Below are positions 50,195 through 58,464 of a stretch of DNA of 64,000 nt, in pieces. Positions within the stretch are counted from its first letter, which is position 1. Each line of letters opens with the position of its first letter. The position numbers were made by a program, and so were the translations under genes. The stretch covers positions 2,208,001-2,272,000 of the forward strand of contig CAWEEQ010000004.1 of assembly GCA_963808235.1 (NCBI GenBank), written 5' to 3'. A model generated the notes under the pieces. It had not been told where the DNA came from. It was given only the letters and a program-made list of their open reading frames with translations, and ran no database searches. Origin of the DNA: an uncultured delta proteobacterium (GTDB lineage: Bacteria > Desulfobacterota > Binatia > Binatales > Binataceae).

Positions 50195-52113
50195 CAGCCC
50201 GCAGTCTCTTCGAACTGAAAACGCTCCATCGTGATTGCCGAGGTCGGGCACCGCGTCGCACACAGGCCGCATCGGATGCACTTGGCCTCGTCGTAAAGAA
50301 AGGCGCTGCGGGTCTGCGCTTCCGCCATCACGCCGGCCACCCGCTCCTGATCGGCGATTTCTTCCGCGAGCGTGAAGTGCAGGCAATGCTCCGGACAAAT
50401 GTCGACGCATCGATTGCACAGGATGCATTTCGCGCCGTCGTAGATCGGATGGATATGGCAGTAGAGGCATCGCTCGGCCTGCTCGCGCGCGTCGCCCGGC
50501 GTAAACGTGGACTCGACTTCCGTGATACCGGTGCGACGCGAGAGCGGAACCAGCGGAATCTCGCGATGCTTCAGCTCGTAGTTATCGACCATCCGGTAGG
50601 TATCGGTCGGCAGCTCCTCGATCGTGACAAGCATCCGCGGCTGGCCAAGCGGCTTCCCGCGCAGGTACGCATCGATCCCGCGCGCGGCAACCTTGCCATG
50701 CTGCGCGCAAGTGATCAGCAGCGACGGCGGAAAGGCCGCATCGCCACCTGCGAATACACCCGCGATGCCGGTCTCGAGCGTGACCGGATCGATCTTGAGC
50801 GTTCCCGCCGGCGTGATTGTGACCCCATCTTCAGGCGTGACGAATGACAGGTCCGGCGCCTGCCCGATCGCGAGTATGACCGCGTCGGCGTCAACGATAC
50901 GTTTATCGTTCTCGTCGAATTGCGGCCGGAAGCGGCCGGCGTCGTCGAATACCTTGACGCACTTCACCAGTTCGATTCCGGCGGCATGGCCGTCGCGGAC
51001 AACGATTCGCTTCGGTCCCCAGCCCGGGAGAAAAGTGACGCCTTCGTCGCGGGCGATATCGAGTTCCTCGCGCCCCTGCGCCGATTTCATCGCCGGCATT
51101 TCGGCCCCCGACTCGAGACTCGCGACCGTAACCTCCAGCGCACCGCGCCGCGCCGCCTCGCGCGCCACGTCCAGCGCCACGCGCATCGTGCCGGCCGCGA
51201 CAGTTTGCTCTTCCTCCTGGGACATCACGAGGCCGGGCAGGAGCGCGCGAACCGCGGTCCGAGCCGCATCGATCGCGACCAGGCCGCCGCCTATTACGAC
51301 CACCTTGCCGCCCAGCGCAACGCGATAGCCGCGATTTATGTTGAGCAGATAGTCGATCGCCTTGATCACGCCGTCGGCATCGGTGCCTTCGATCGGAACT
51401 GCGCGGCCGCGCGACGCGCCAACGGCCAGGAAAATTGCTTCGTAACCCTGCTGCTTCAGCTCCCGAACTCCAAAGCCGGGTTTAAGCGGTGCCGAGTAGC
51501 GAAACTCGACGCCGAGCGCTTCGATCTCGCGGACCTGGCAGTCGATCACCTCGCGCGGCAAGCGGTAGGCCGGAATTCCGTATCGAAGCATCCCGCCCGC
51601 GTGCTCCATCGCTTCGAACACCGTCACGCTGTAGCCCATCAGCGCCAGATCGTTTGCGCACGCGAGCCCGGCCGGCCCTGCGCCGACGACCGCGACCTTG
51701 CGCTTCGACCCACCGACGTGAGGCTGCGCGCCGGGTATGTCGATATGACCGGGAGTAACGCTGCCGCCGCCCGTCGGACCCGCGATCATCTCGCGCACTC
51801 CCTTGGAGGAGAGCGCCTCGGGGCCGAATTGCTCGGTGAGAAAACGCTTGAGTGCGCGAATCGTCACAGGCGCGTCGATTTTGCCACGGCGGCATGCGTC
51901 TTCGCATGGAGCGCCGCAAGCGCGTCCGCATATCGAGGCGATCGGATTGGGTGAGCGCGCGACGCGGTATGCCTCCGCGAGGCGTCCTTCCGCGATCAGC
52001 TGAACGTAGCGGCCCGCATCCGTCTTGACCGGACATGCATCGAGGCACGGCACATTTTTGCGGAACCACCACAAGTCGCGCGGCGTCGCGTCGATCGAAT
52101 TTCCATCGCTCAT
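50194..52113 (-). CDS. NAD(P)-dependent Fe-S flavoprotein (GltD/NfnB/DsrL-like) with a C-terminal 2x[4Fe-4S] domain
   Basis: PCLDACP, ICGRACGAPCEDACRR, VGAGPAG, GGMLRYGIP.YRLP, IGGGLVAID, FAGGD, CILCNRCVDICP and CIRCGLCATRCP. Confidence 0.92.
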   Translation of the reverse strand: MSDGNSIDATPRDLWWFRKNVPCLDACPVKTDAGRYVQLIAEGRLAEAYRVARSPNPIASICGRACGAPCEDACRRGKIDAPVTIRALKRFLTEQFGPEALSSKGVREMIAGPTGGGSVTPGHIDIPGAQPHVGGSKRKVAVVGAGPAGLACANDLALMGYSVTVFEAMEHAGGMLRYGIPAYRLPREVIDCQVREIEALGVEFRYSAPLKPGFGVRELKQQGYEAIFLAVGASRGRAVPIEGTDADGVIKAIDYLLNINRGYRVALGGKVVVIGGGLVAIDAARTAVRALLPGLVMSQEEEQTVAAGTMRVALDVAREAARRGALEVTVASLESGAEMPAMKSAQGREELDIARDEGVTFLPGWGPKRIVVRDGHAAGIELVKCVKVFDDAGRFRPQFDENDKRIVDADAVILAIGQAPDLSFVTPEDGVTITPAGTLKIDPVTLETGIAGVFAGGDAAFPPSLLITCAQHGKVAARGIDAYLRGKPLGQPRMLVTIEELPTDTYRMVDNYELKHREIPLVPLSRRTGITEVESTFTPGDAREQAERCLYCHIHPIYDGAKCILCNRCVDICPEHCLHFTLAEEIADQERVAGVMAEAQTRSAFLYDEAKCIRCGLCATRCPTSAITMERFQFEETAG

Positions 52114-52117
52114 CGCG

Positions 52118-52474
52118 CTACTTCTTGCAGAAGGTCCTGATGTACGCGACGAGGTCGTGCATCTCGCCATCCTCGAAGCCTGAGCTCCACGCCTGCATGT
52201 CTTTACTGAGACCGGCGGCCGCGCCGCCGTTCTTGATCACATTGAACATCGTATCGTCGGAAATCTTGCCCATCGCGGCACAGTCAGTGAAATTGCGCGG
52301 GCTGGTGGACAGTGTGGCCGCGGCGGGACCATCGCCCTTGCCGCCGGGGCCGTGACATTTCACGCAAAATGTATCGTAGTTGGTCTTGGCGGTGGCCATG
52401 TCGCCGGCGCGCGCGGGCACAAACGCCAGTGCGATGATTGTGCACGCAGCAAGGATTGAGATGATTCGATTCAC
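52118..52474 (-). CDS. Periplasmic monoheme cytochrome c
   Basis: GTG start after GGAGG, signal peptide, CVKCHG.GGKGDGP, PRNF and DMQAW. Confidence 0.9.
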   Translation of the reverse strand: MNRIISILAACTIIALAFVPARAGDMATAKTNYDTFCVKCHGPGGKGDGPAAATLSTSPRNFTDCAAMGKISDDTMFNVIKNGGAAAGLSKDMQAWSSGFEDGEMHDLVAYIRTFCKK

Positions 52475-52512
52475 GTCGTCCTCCGTCTCATTGTTGCGCA
52501 ACTCAAGCCGAT

Positions 52513-52803
52513 TCAACGAGCCTTGAGGTATTCGAGTATCGCCTTGGCGTCTTCCGGCGGAAAATTTCCGAGCGTACGCATATGCATCATGATCTGGTCC
52601 CACTCGTAGGGCGCCTTCTCGGAGCCCGGGCGCGCGTTGTGACAGGTGTTGCAGTAGACCGGCCACAGTTTAGCACCCTCCCGGAAGAGTCGCTTGTGCT
52701 CAGCCGGAGACATATCTTCTTGCGCCTGGGCCCGGACGGAAGTCCGTGCCGTCCCGATCAGGAGCATTGCAAATGCAATTGCCACGAATATTTTCTTCAT
52801 CAT
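52513..52803 (-). CDS. Small monoheme cytochrome c
   Basis: Signal peptide, YCNTCHN and W..IMMHMR. Confidence 0.88.
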   Translation of the reverse strand: MMKKIFVAIAFAMLLIGTARTSVRAQAQEDMSPAEHKRLFREGAKLWPVYCNTCHNARPGSEKAPYEWDQIMMHMRTLGNFPPEDAKAILEYLKAR

Positions 52804-52814
52804 CGTGACTCCGC

Positions 52815-54377
52815 TCAGAACCCAACCGTGATCTGGCTCAGGAACGCGTGATCGTTCGGGATTGAGCGCGCCGATGTCTCGACGCCCTTGGAGTTAACGA
52901 ACAGCCCTCCGTCGCGCGGCAGTTCGATATCGAATTCGTTTTGCCAGACGATCGACGGTGCGATCCAATAGTCCAGACCCAACGCCACTTCGCGAGCATG
53001 CGGCGCGTACGTCGCAGGCGACCCGTTGATGCCGAAATCGGGGACCAATCCCACCTGCGTGCCGCCCAGCCCGACGCCGGTCGCGCCCTGGATGTCGGCG
53101 ATCGAAACGCCGCGCTGGTTTACGCCCGAATAACGCACCAGCGGCTCGAATCGACGGAGGTAATTGTCGATCACCTCGGGAACGCCGGGGACTTTAACCC
53201 CGCTCAGGAAGTAGCCGGCCTGCAGGTACCATCCCTGTCGATTGTCGGACGCCTGCCCCATCGGCATCTGGCGATACGATGACAGCCACTCGCCCCGGGT
53301 CTGCAGGTTGCCGACGAAGTAATTGAAATCCACGCCCCACGAGTTGAACCAATCTCCGTTGTTCCACTTGCCGTTGTAGGTGGAGGCGCCGAGCTCGAGC
53401 CTGCCCCACTTCGTATCCACCGGCAGGGGGTAGATTCGAAAGCGCCCGCCGATGGACTTGCCGTTGGTCTGGCTGAAGGCGACTGCGGTCGGACTCGACA
53501 TCGCCGCGCCGAGGACGTTCGAGCTGAAATTCGGTCCGTTGCCACCCCAGACCGTCCAATCGAAATCCTGTCCGAGCGCGCCAAATTGCATTCCGCCGCG
53601 AAGCTGGATTCCAAGCTCGCCCGGTGGAACCACGGGCTCGACTCCGAACGGCAGTGGCGCAGTGACGAACCGGTTTACCCACATCGGACTCTGCGCTTCA
53701 TACCAATCGCCGAACGGTTGATCGAAAAGCCCGGCGACGACCGTCATGTACTTGTTTAGAAAAATCTGAAAATCCGCAGTGGACAGATCGGTTCCTGTCC
53801 CGGTCGCTCCAAACCCCGCGCTGAATACGCCCTGAAAGAGTATCCAGTCCGTCGGGCGATACAGGATCATCGGTTCCCAATCGAAGAAGAACGAGTTCTG
53901 CGACGCGTGATGCAGGCCGTCGAGCGCTCCGCTCTGCTGGTCGTAGATGAATTGGCCGCCGGCCGCCCCGGTCACCGTGAACGAATGCGATCCGAGGTAT
54001 TGCTCGACCGCAGTGCCAAACTGCGACGACGCGATCGGCGCTTCGACCTTCGTCTGCAAGGTCTTCACCTGGGCGTTGGTCTGCTGAAGCTCGAGCGTGG
54101 TCTCCTTCAGCTTCTGATCGGTGCTCTGCAGTTGGCGCGTGGTGGTCTCGACGCTTGAATCTTTCGTCTCGAGCTGCTGAACCTTGACCTCGAGTGAGCG
54201 AATAACTTCGCGGTCGCGCTTGCGCTCCTCTCGCATCTGACGCATCTCGGCTCTGATTTCCTTGAGCGCGGCGGCGGCGGTAGCGTCACTGTCTGCCGCG
54301 CGTGCCGGCCCCGCCATTGATAACGCCGCGACTGCGATTGCGAACAGAAATGTCGAGAAAATTCGTCCGGCTCGCAT
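52815..54377 (-). CDS. Outer-membrane porin with an N-terminal coiled coil
   Basis: Signal peptide, about 80-aa heptad region, beta-strand pattern (GLFDQPFG, GIQLRG, GWYLQAGY, LGLDYW) and a terminal Phe. ATG 54377 follows GGGGGAG. Confidence 0.85.
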   Translation of the reverse strand: MRAGRIFSTFLFAIAVAALSMAGPARAADSDATAAAALKEIRAEMRQMREERKRDREVIRSLEVKVQQLETKDSSVETTTRQLQSTDQKLKETTLELQQTNAQVKTLQTKVEAPIASSQFGTAVEQYLGSHSFTVTGAAGGQFIYDQQSGALDGLHHASQNSFFFDWEPMILYRPTDWILFQGVFSAGFGATGTGTDLSTADFQIFLNKYMTVVAGLFDQPFGDWYEAQSPMWVNRFVTAPLPFGVEPVVPPGELGIQLRGGMQFGALGQDFDWTVWGGNGPNFSSNVLGAAMSSPTAVAFSQTNGKSIGGRFRIYPLPVDTKWGRLELGASTYNGKWNNGDWFNSWGVDFNYFVGNLQTRGEWLSSYRQMPMGQASDNRQGWYLQAGYFLSGVKVPGVPEVIDNYLRRFEPLVRYSGVNQRGVSIADIQGATGVGLGGTQVGLVPDFGINGSPATYAPHAREVALGLDYWIAPSIVWQNEFDIELPRDGGLFVNSKGVETSARSIPNDHAFLSQITVGF

Positions 54378-54855
54378 AGTCTCCCCCGATCTGCGCCGAC
54401 TCACTCGGCGCTTCCGTCTGAGAGCAACAGTTGTGCCCCAGATACCCATATTTGCGTTCACCTAGCGCCGAGACGCGTCGCAGCTACGTCTACATGATCA
54501 CCCGCCGCTGAGTCCCCGAGCATTGGACCGAGCTCGTCCGCAAACTTTCTCGCAAAACAATCAGACTTTCGAAAGAATCGACCTAATCGGCCGTCTCATG
54601 ATCGAACATAAATGTCCCCTGAAGCACCAAACTAGGGTGCGGACTCCTCTTAAGGATCGGGATCGCCGTCATTCGACCCTTGGCTATGACGCCTGTCGCC
54701 AACGGTGGCAGCGCCTGTATCCGAACGATACAAGATTCGGGTTGGCGCCCGAATTTCGTCGGATAGCCGACACTCAATTGCCGCAATCATTCGGCACGAA
54801 CAATGAAAAGGAATGCTGGAGTTGGCTATCAGCGATCCGGGATTAGGAGAGGAAA

Positions 54856-55083
54856 ATGCAATTTCAGATCAATTCATCTGAATCGGCGATGACTGAAGCG
54901 GTCGAGACGCAAATCCTCGCGCACGTCAAAGCGCTCGAAGACTACGTTCCCCCGACGTTCGAGTCACCACTATCTTTCCGCCTGACGGCTATGGCGTGCT
55001 GGAAACTCGTGACGGGCGGGAAATCTATTTTCGTAGCGACCCTGCCGAGGCTCGCGCCGGAGCTTGAACCGTCGCAACGGTGA
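54856..55083 (+). CDS. Small hypothetical protein
   Basis: Strong RBS AGGAGAGG; ends 4 bp before the next ATG. Confidence 0.45.
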   Translation: MQFQINSSESAMTEAVETQILAHVKALEDYVPPTFESPLSFRLTAMACWKLVTGGKSIFVATLPRLAPELEPSQR

Positions 55084-55087
55084 GTCT

Positions 55088-55606
55088 ATGAAAGCGAATA
55101 TGAGCGCTGCCAAGAAGCCGTCCGCAAAGCGAGCCAAGAAGCTCAACGACACCCGCAAGATACGAAACCTAACCGAAGAGCTGAGCCGCGAAGAATACCT
55201 GCTCGGGATGCCGCTGCTGGACGCGGCGGTCGCCGGGGTGATTCTCGGCTTCAAGCCGTCGGATCGCGAGATGCGCACGCAGGCGCAGCGATGCTGGGAA
55301 CTTCTGAAGCCGCGACTCAATCAGCATCTGCTCAGCGAAGATGAAACCCTGCTGCCATGGGCTGAAGGTGAAGGCGGCATCTCTGCCGGGGTCATGGATC
55401 GAATCAAAAAGAACCACCGCGAGATCCGCGCTCTGATCGGCAGGCTAATCGGAGTGTCATTCGAAGAGGATCCAGACAAGGTCGTCTCGGTGGCCGGCAA
55501 AGCGCTGTGCGCACTTGCGATCAAGCTCGATGACCTCATCGACAGTGAAGAGATGCGACTGCTGCCAACGCTCAGAAGGATGCTGTTCGCCCAGCTCAGC
55601 GATTAG
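55088..55606 (+). CDS. Hemerythrin-like domain protein with degenerate metal ligands
   Basis: HLLSEDETLLP, KNHREI and LIDSEEMRLLP. Confidence 0.65.
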   Translation: MKANMSAAKKPSAKRAKKLNDTRKIRNLTEELSREEYLLGMPLLDAAVAGVILGFKPSDREMRTQAQRCWELLKPRLNQHLLSEDETLLPWAEGEGGISAGVMDRIKKNHREIRALIGRLIGVSFEEDPDKVVSVAGKALCALAIKLDDLIDSEEMRLLPTLRRMLFAQLSD

Positions 55607-55633
55607 ACGGTCACATAGTGGGAAGGCCGCAAG

Positions 55634-55786
55634 ATGAGTGAGTATCAAGGATATCTAATCGAGAAAGATCCTGAGACTGGACGGTGGCATATTCCCTGGA
55701 AGGGGAAGAAACAGGCTGTCGAGTTTGACAAGGAGTCGCAGGCCGAAGAGTGGATCGACGAGCAATTTCCGTCGCATCGATTCTAA
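55634..55786 (+). CDS. 50-aa hypothetical protein (below the ORF-track cutoff)
   Basis: MSEYQGYLIEKDPETGRWHIPWKGKKQAVEFDKESQAEEWIDEQFPSHRF; purine-rich GGGAAGG upstream. Confidence 0.55.
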   Translation: MSEYQGYLIEKDPETGRWHIPWKGKKQAVEFDKESQAEEWIDEQFPSHRF

Positions 55787-55934
55787 GACCGTTACTCTAC
55801 AGACCGTCCTTTTTCGATCTTCGCGTAGAGCTTCTTGCGGGAGATTCGAAGCATAGCAGCTAGAGCGATGCTAATCGTCGATGGCTGTCAATCTGCGGCA
55901 TTCACGGAATGAACCTCGCTCCGTCAGAATACAG

Positions 55935-55990
55935 TGCCGGGGGCGGGACTCGAACCCGCACAGAGCTTTCGCTCCAGAGGATTTTAAGTC
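55935..55990 (-). repeat. 3' half of tRNA-Leu(TAA); att site between islands 1 and 2
   Basis: Minus strand GACTTAAAATCCTCTGGAGCGAAAGCTCTGTGCGGGTTCGAGTCCCGCCCCCGGCA; the 5' half is absent. Confidence 0.88.
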
Positions 55991-56319
55991 GTCTAGGTTT
56001 GACTATAACTACTTGAAAACATTGGTTTTCTTCCTTCGCTCATGTGAGACTGTGTAACTTTATGTGTAAGTTTTCAAGAATATCCGACTGGTTTTAAAGG
56101 CCTGTCGGGCCGATTTGCGGGCTCCTGGGAGCGGGGTGGCCATCCATGTCAGTGGCCCCCTCGGCATGGCCGCAGGCGGTCGCTTTGACGTACGTAAATT
56201 CCTTTCCAATGCTGTTCATGCCGCGGACAGTGGGAAGTCAGCCTGCGAGTTTTGCTGCACACGGGGCACGGTAAAGGCTTAAGTTTCAGCAAATCGCGAA
56301 AGGCCTGCGAGGCTTCGGA

Positions 56320-57330
56320 TCACTCGGCGACGGGGGCGCGAAGTTTGATCGAACTGAGCCGCGAATGAGCTTCGTCTATAGCCTGTTTGCGTAGACCAAA
56401 ATACAACGCGATCGCCCGATCCGCCTCGAACAGGCGATAGGACGAGATATCGTCGGGGTCATTGCGCTGCTGGCTCGCGAGCATCCGCATGTCCTGATGC
56501 GTGAACACCAACTCGAGGTCGAATTTCGCCGCGAGCCGTGCGACGGCTCGGCCGCCCAGCCATCCCGGAATGTAGGCCTGCTGGTATCGCGCCCACAGCC
56601 AGGTATGGTCGCGATCGATCGGCGTTGCGCTGGCGATGAACTGCACCCCTCTTGCGACCGCAATCGTCGCGAGGGTGGGTAGTCGAATGGCGTAAGTGAA
56701 GTTGTAATTGGGACGCATCCAGCCTGATCGTTCGTGATGCAGCGACACTTTCATTCGAATGACATCGCCGTCGAGCCGCGCCTCCTGCGCCTCGACCCGA
56801 GTGCCCGCGCCAGGAATCGTAGCTCGATGAACGAAGGGCACGTGATGGATGTCACCGAGGTTCTCCATCACGAGCAGATATGAAACAGGATAATCGCGCT
56901 GCACGAAGCTGGTTCGCGAACCGGGTTCCGGCGCTTCGGGAAACCACGGGATTTCCGTGGCGGGGTCGGAATCACCGTACCAATACCAGACGAGGCCGTG
57001 CGCCTCGCGGACCTGTCGCGTCGGTAAATCGAAGCCGCGCGGCACCGGCTGCCCCTCGCCATTGGCGGGAATCAGCACGCATCGGCCGGCGGAATCGAAC
57101 CGCAGTCCGTGAAATGGACACACAAGGCAGTCGTCGCGGACCCATCCCAGGCTGAGTTGCGCGGCGCGATGAGGGCAGCGGTCGGTCATGCACACGGCGG
57201 CGCCGCCGTTGTCGCGCCACAACACCAGCCGCTCGCCCAGGCGCGTGATGCCGACCGGCTTGCGCGGTTTCAATTTCGAGCTGTCGAAGATCGGGTACCA
57301 CTGATTCGGAATAAAATCGTCGAGAGCCAT
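56320..57330 (-). CDS. Rieske non-heme iron oxygenase alpha subunit (VanA/KshA-like)
   Basis: DRCPHRAA, CPFHG, MENLGDIHHVPFVH and QD. Confidence 0.92.
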   Translation of the reverse strand: MALDDFIPNQWYPIFDSSKLKPRKPVGITRLGERLVLWRDNGGAAVCMTDRCPHRAAQLSLGWVRDDCLVCPFHGLRFDSAGRCVLIPANGEGQPVPRGFDLPTRQVREAHGLVWYWYGDSDPATEIPWFPEAPEPGSRTSFVQRDYPVSYLLVMENLGDIHHVPFVHRATIPGAGTRVEAQEARLDGDVIRMKVSLHHERSGWMRPNYNFTYAIRLPTLATIAVARGVQFIASATPIDRDHTWLWARYQQAYIPGWLGGRAVARLAAKFDLELVFTHQDMRMLASQQRNDPDDISSYRLFEADRAIALYFGLRKQAIDEAHSRLSSIKLRAPVAE

Positions 57331-57364
57331 GGCTCCTCCTTTGAGATCGGATTGCGGCCTCAGG

Positions 57365-57730
57365 CTACGCGGTGACGATCCATTTCCGGGCCTCTGATAT
57401 CTGGGCGGTAGTGAAGACTCGCAGTTCTCCGGGCATCAGAAAGCGAAAAGCGCCGACCAGATGCCTGATCCAGGCGACGTCGGTCACGACGGCCGCCCGT
57501 TCCCAACGGGAAAGATGCTCAATTCCGAGTTTGAAATCTTCCCATTCGGCGCCGAAATCGATTCCGGTGAATTGGGAACCCAGATCGTAGTAAAGCCGCA
57601 GCTTGGCATTTCGCTTCAGCGCCTTGTCTATTGCCGGTATCACCACCTCCAGGTAGTCCTTTCTCGTCACTTCGCCCTTGGCCAGAATTCCCACTACGTT
57701 GTCGGGAAAGCCTTCGATAATCTCGATCAT
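57365..57730 (-). CDS. SpoIIAA-like (STAS/SEC14) protein
   Basis: G.VT..DY..V.IP, WED.K.G and ER.AVVTD..W. Confidence 0.88.
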   Translation of the reverse strand: MIEIIEGFPDNVVGILAKGEVTRKDYLEVVIPAIDKALKRNAKLRLYYDLGSQFTGIDFGAEWEDFKLGIEHLSRWERAAVVTDVAWIRHLVGAFRFLMPGELRVFTTAQISEARKWIVTA

Positions 57731-58401
57731 AGTCCGGCACCTCCGGTGATAGTTGAGATTGGTTGGGCCCGGGGGAACAATCCGCGCATGGCGATCGCAG
57801 TGCCGCGGCGAATTTCGTTGCGCACCATCTCGGCGCTGATCGCGTCGTTCATCAAGTAAGCGGTCATCCAGGTGAAGCAGACGCCGTAAAGGACGGTCGC
57901 CGCGGGCATGGGTTCTAGGTCGGATCCGAGAATCCCGTCTGTCCGGTATCGTTCAAGCAGCGCGGCGAGCTGCGTCACCAGTTGCGTGTCGCCGTCGAAC
58001 AGGCGCCGCCCGACTGTGGTCGGCTCGGCGATCGCAGCGCCGAAAAGTTCACGCCACAGCCGTCGGTCGTCACGCGTGAAGTCCTCGAGAAAAATTTCTG
58101 TGAACGCGCACGCGGCCGCCACCGGGTCGCGCGGCGGGTCGTCAAGGATCTTTCGCCCTCGCGCAAGCAGCGATTCCGTTTCACGCCTGACGATTGCCAG
58201 TAGCAGCGCCGATTTCGACGGGAAATAGTTGTAGATTGTTCCAACTGCGAGGCCTGCGCGGGCCGCTACATCTTCCATTGCGACTTCGGCGTAGCCCTTC
58301 CTGGCGAACAATTTCTCGGCCGCCTTAACGATACGACGCTCGCGCTCCAGTTTCTGCCGGTCGCGAAGTCCGACTGGCCGTATGTCCAAAGATGAATCCA
58401 T
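57727..58401 (-). CDS. TetR/AcrR family regulator
   Basis: GLRDRQK, AAEKLFARKGY and VAARAGLAVGTIYNYFPSK. Confidence 0.92.
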   Translation of the reverse strand: MDSSLDIRPVGLRDRQKLERERRIVKAAEKLFARKGYAEVAMEDVAARAGLAVGTIYNYFPSKSALLLAIVRRETESLLARGRKILDDPPRDPVAAACAFTEIFLEDFTRDDRRLWRELFGAAIAEPTTVGRRLFDGDTQLVTQLAALLERYRTDGILGSDLEPMPAATVLYGVCFTWMTAYLMNDAISAEMVRNEIRRGTAIAMRGLFPRAQPISTITGGAGL

Positions 58402-58464
58402 TCATCATTCATAAGGCCGATCAACGCTGTTGTCAAGGAAACCTGAATGGATTCATCTTTGGAC
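58384..58464. promoter_or_regulatory. Perfect 21-bp inverted repeats flanking a sigma70 promoter for tetR
   Basis: GTCCAAAGATGAATCCATTCA (58384-58404) and TGAATGGATTCATCTTTGGAC (58444-58464). Minus-strand TTGACA-N17-TATGAA lies between them. Confidence 0.8.

Larger units (their letters stand above)
46717..55990. mobile_element. tRNA-Leu-integrated genomic island 1 (about 9.2 kb, no intact integrase) carrying a respiratory operon
   Basis: Bounded by 56-bp direct repeats (3 mismatches) of the tRNA-Leu 3' half, with AT-rich att-arm-like sequence next to each copy. Confidence 0.75.

Noticed and set aside
50194-52113. Glutamate synthase small subunit (gltD) or DsrL in sulfur metabolism
   Set aside because: No gltB or dsr genes are in the window, and it is translationally coupled to a Rieske gene.
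54378-54855. FNR/Crp or RegA boxes upstream of the respiratory operon (also searched 58500-58900 and 59350-59830)
   Set aside because: Only half-sites or wrongly spaced matches were found by eye.
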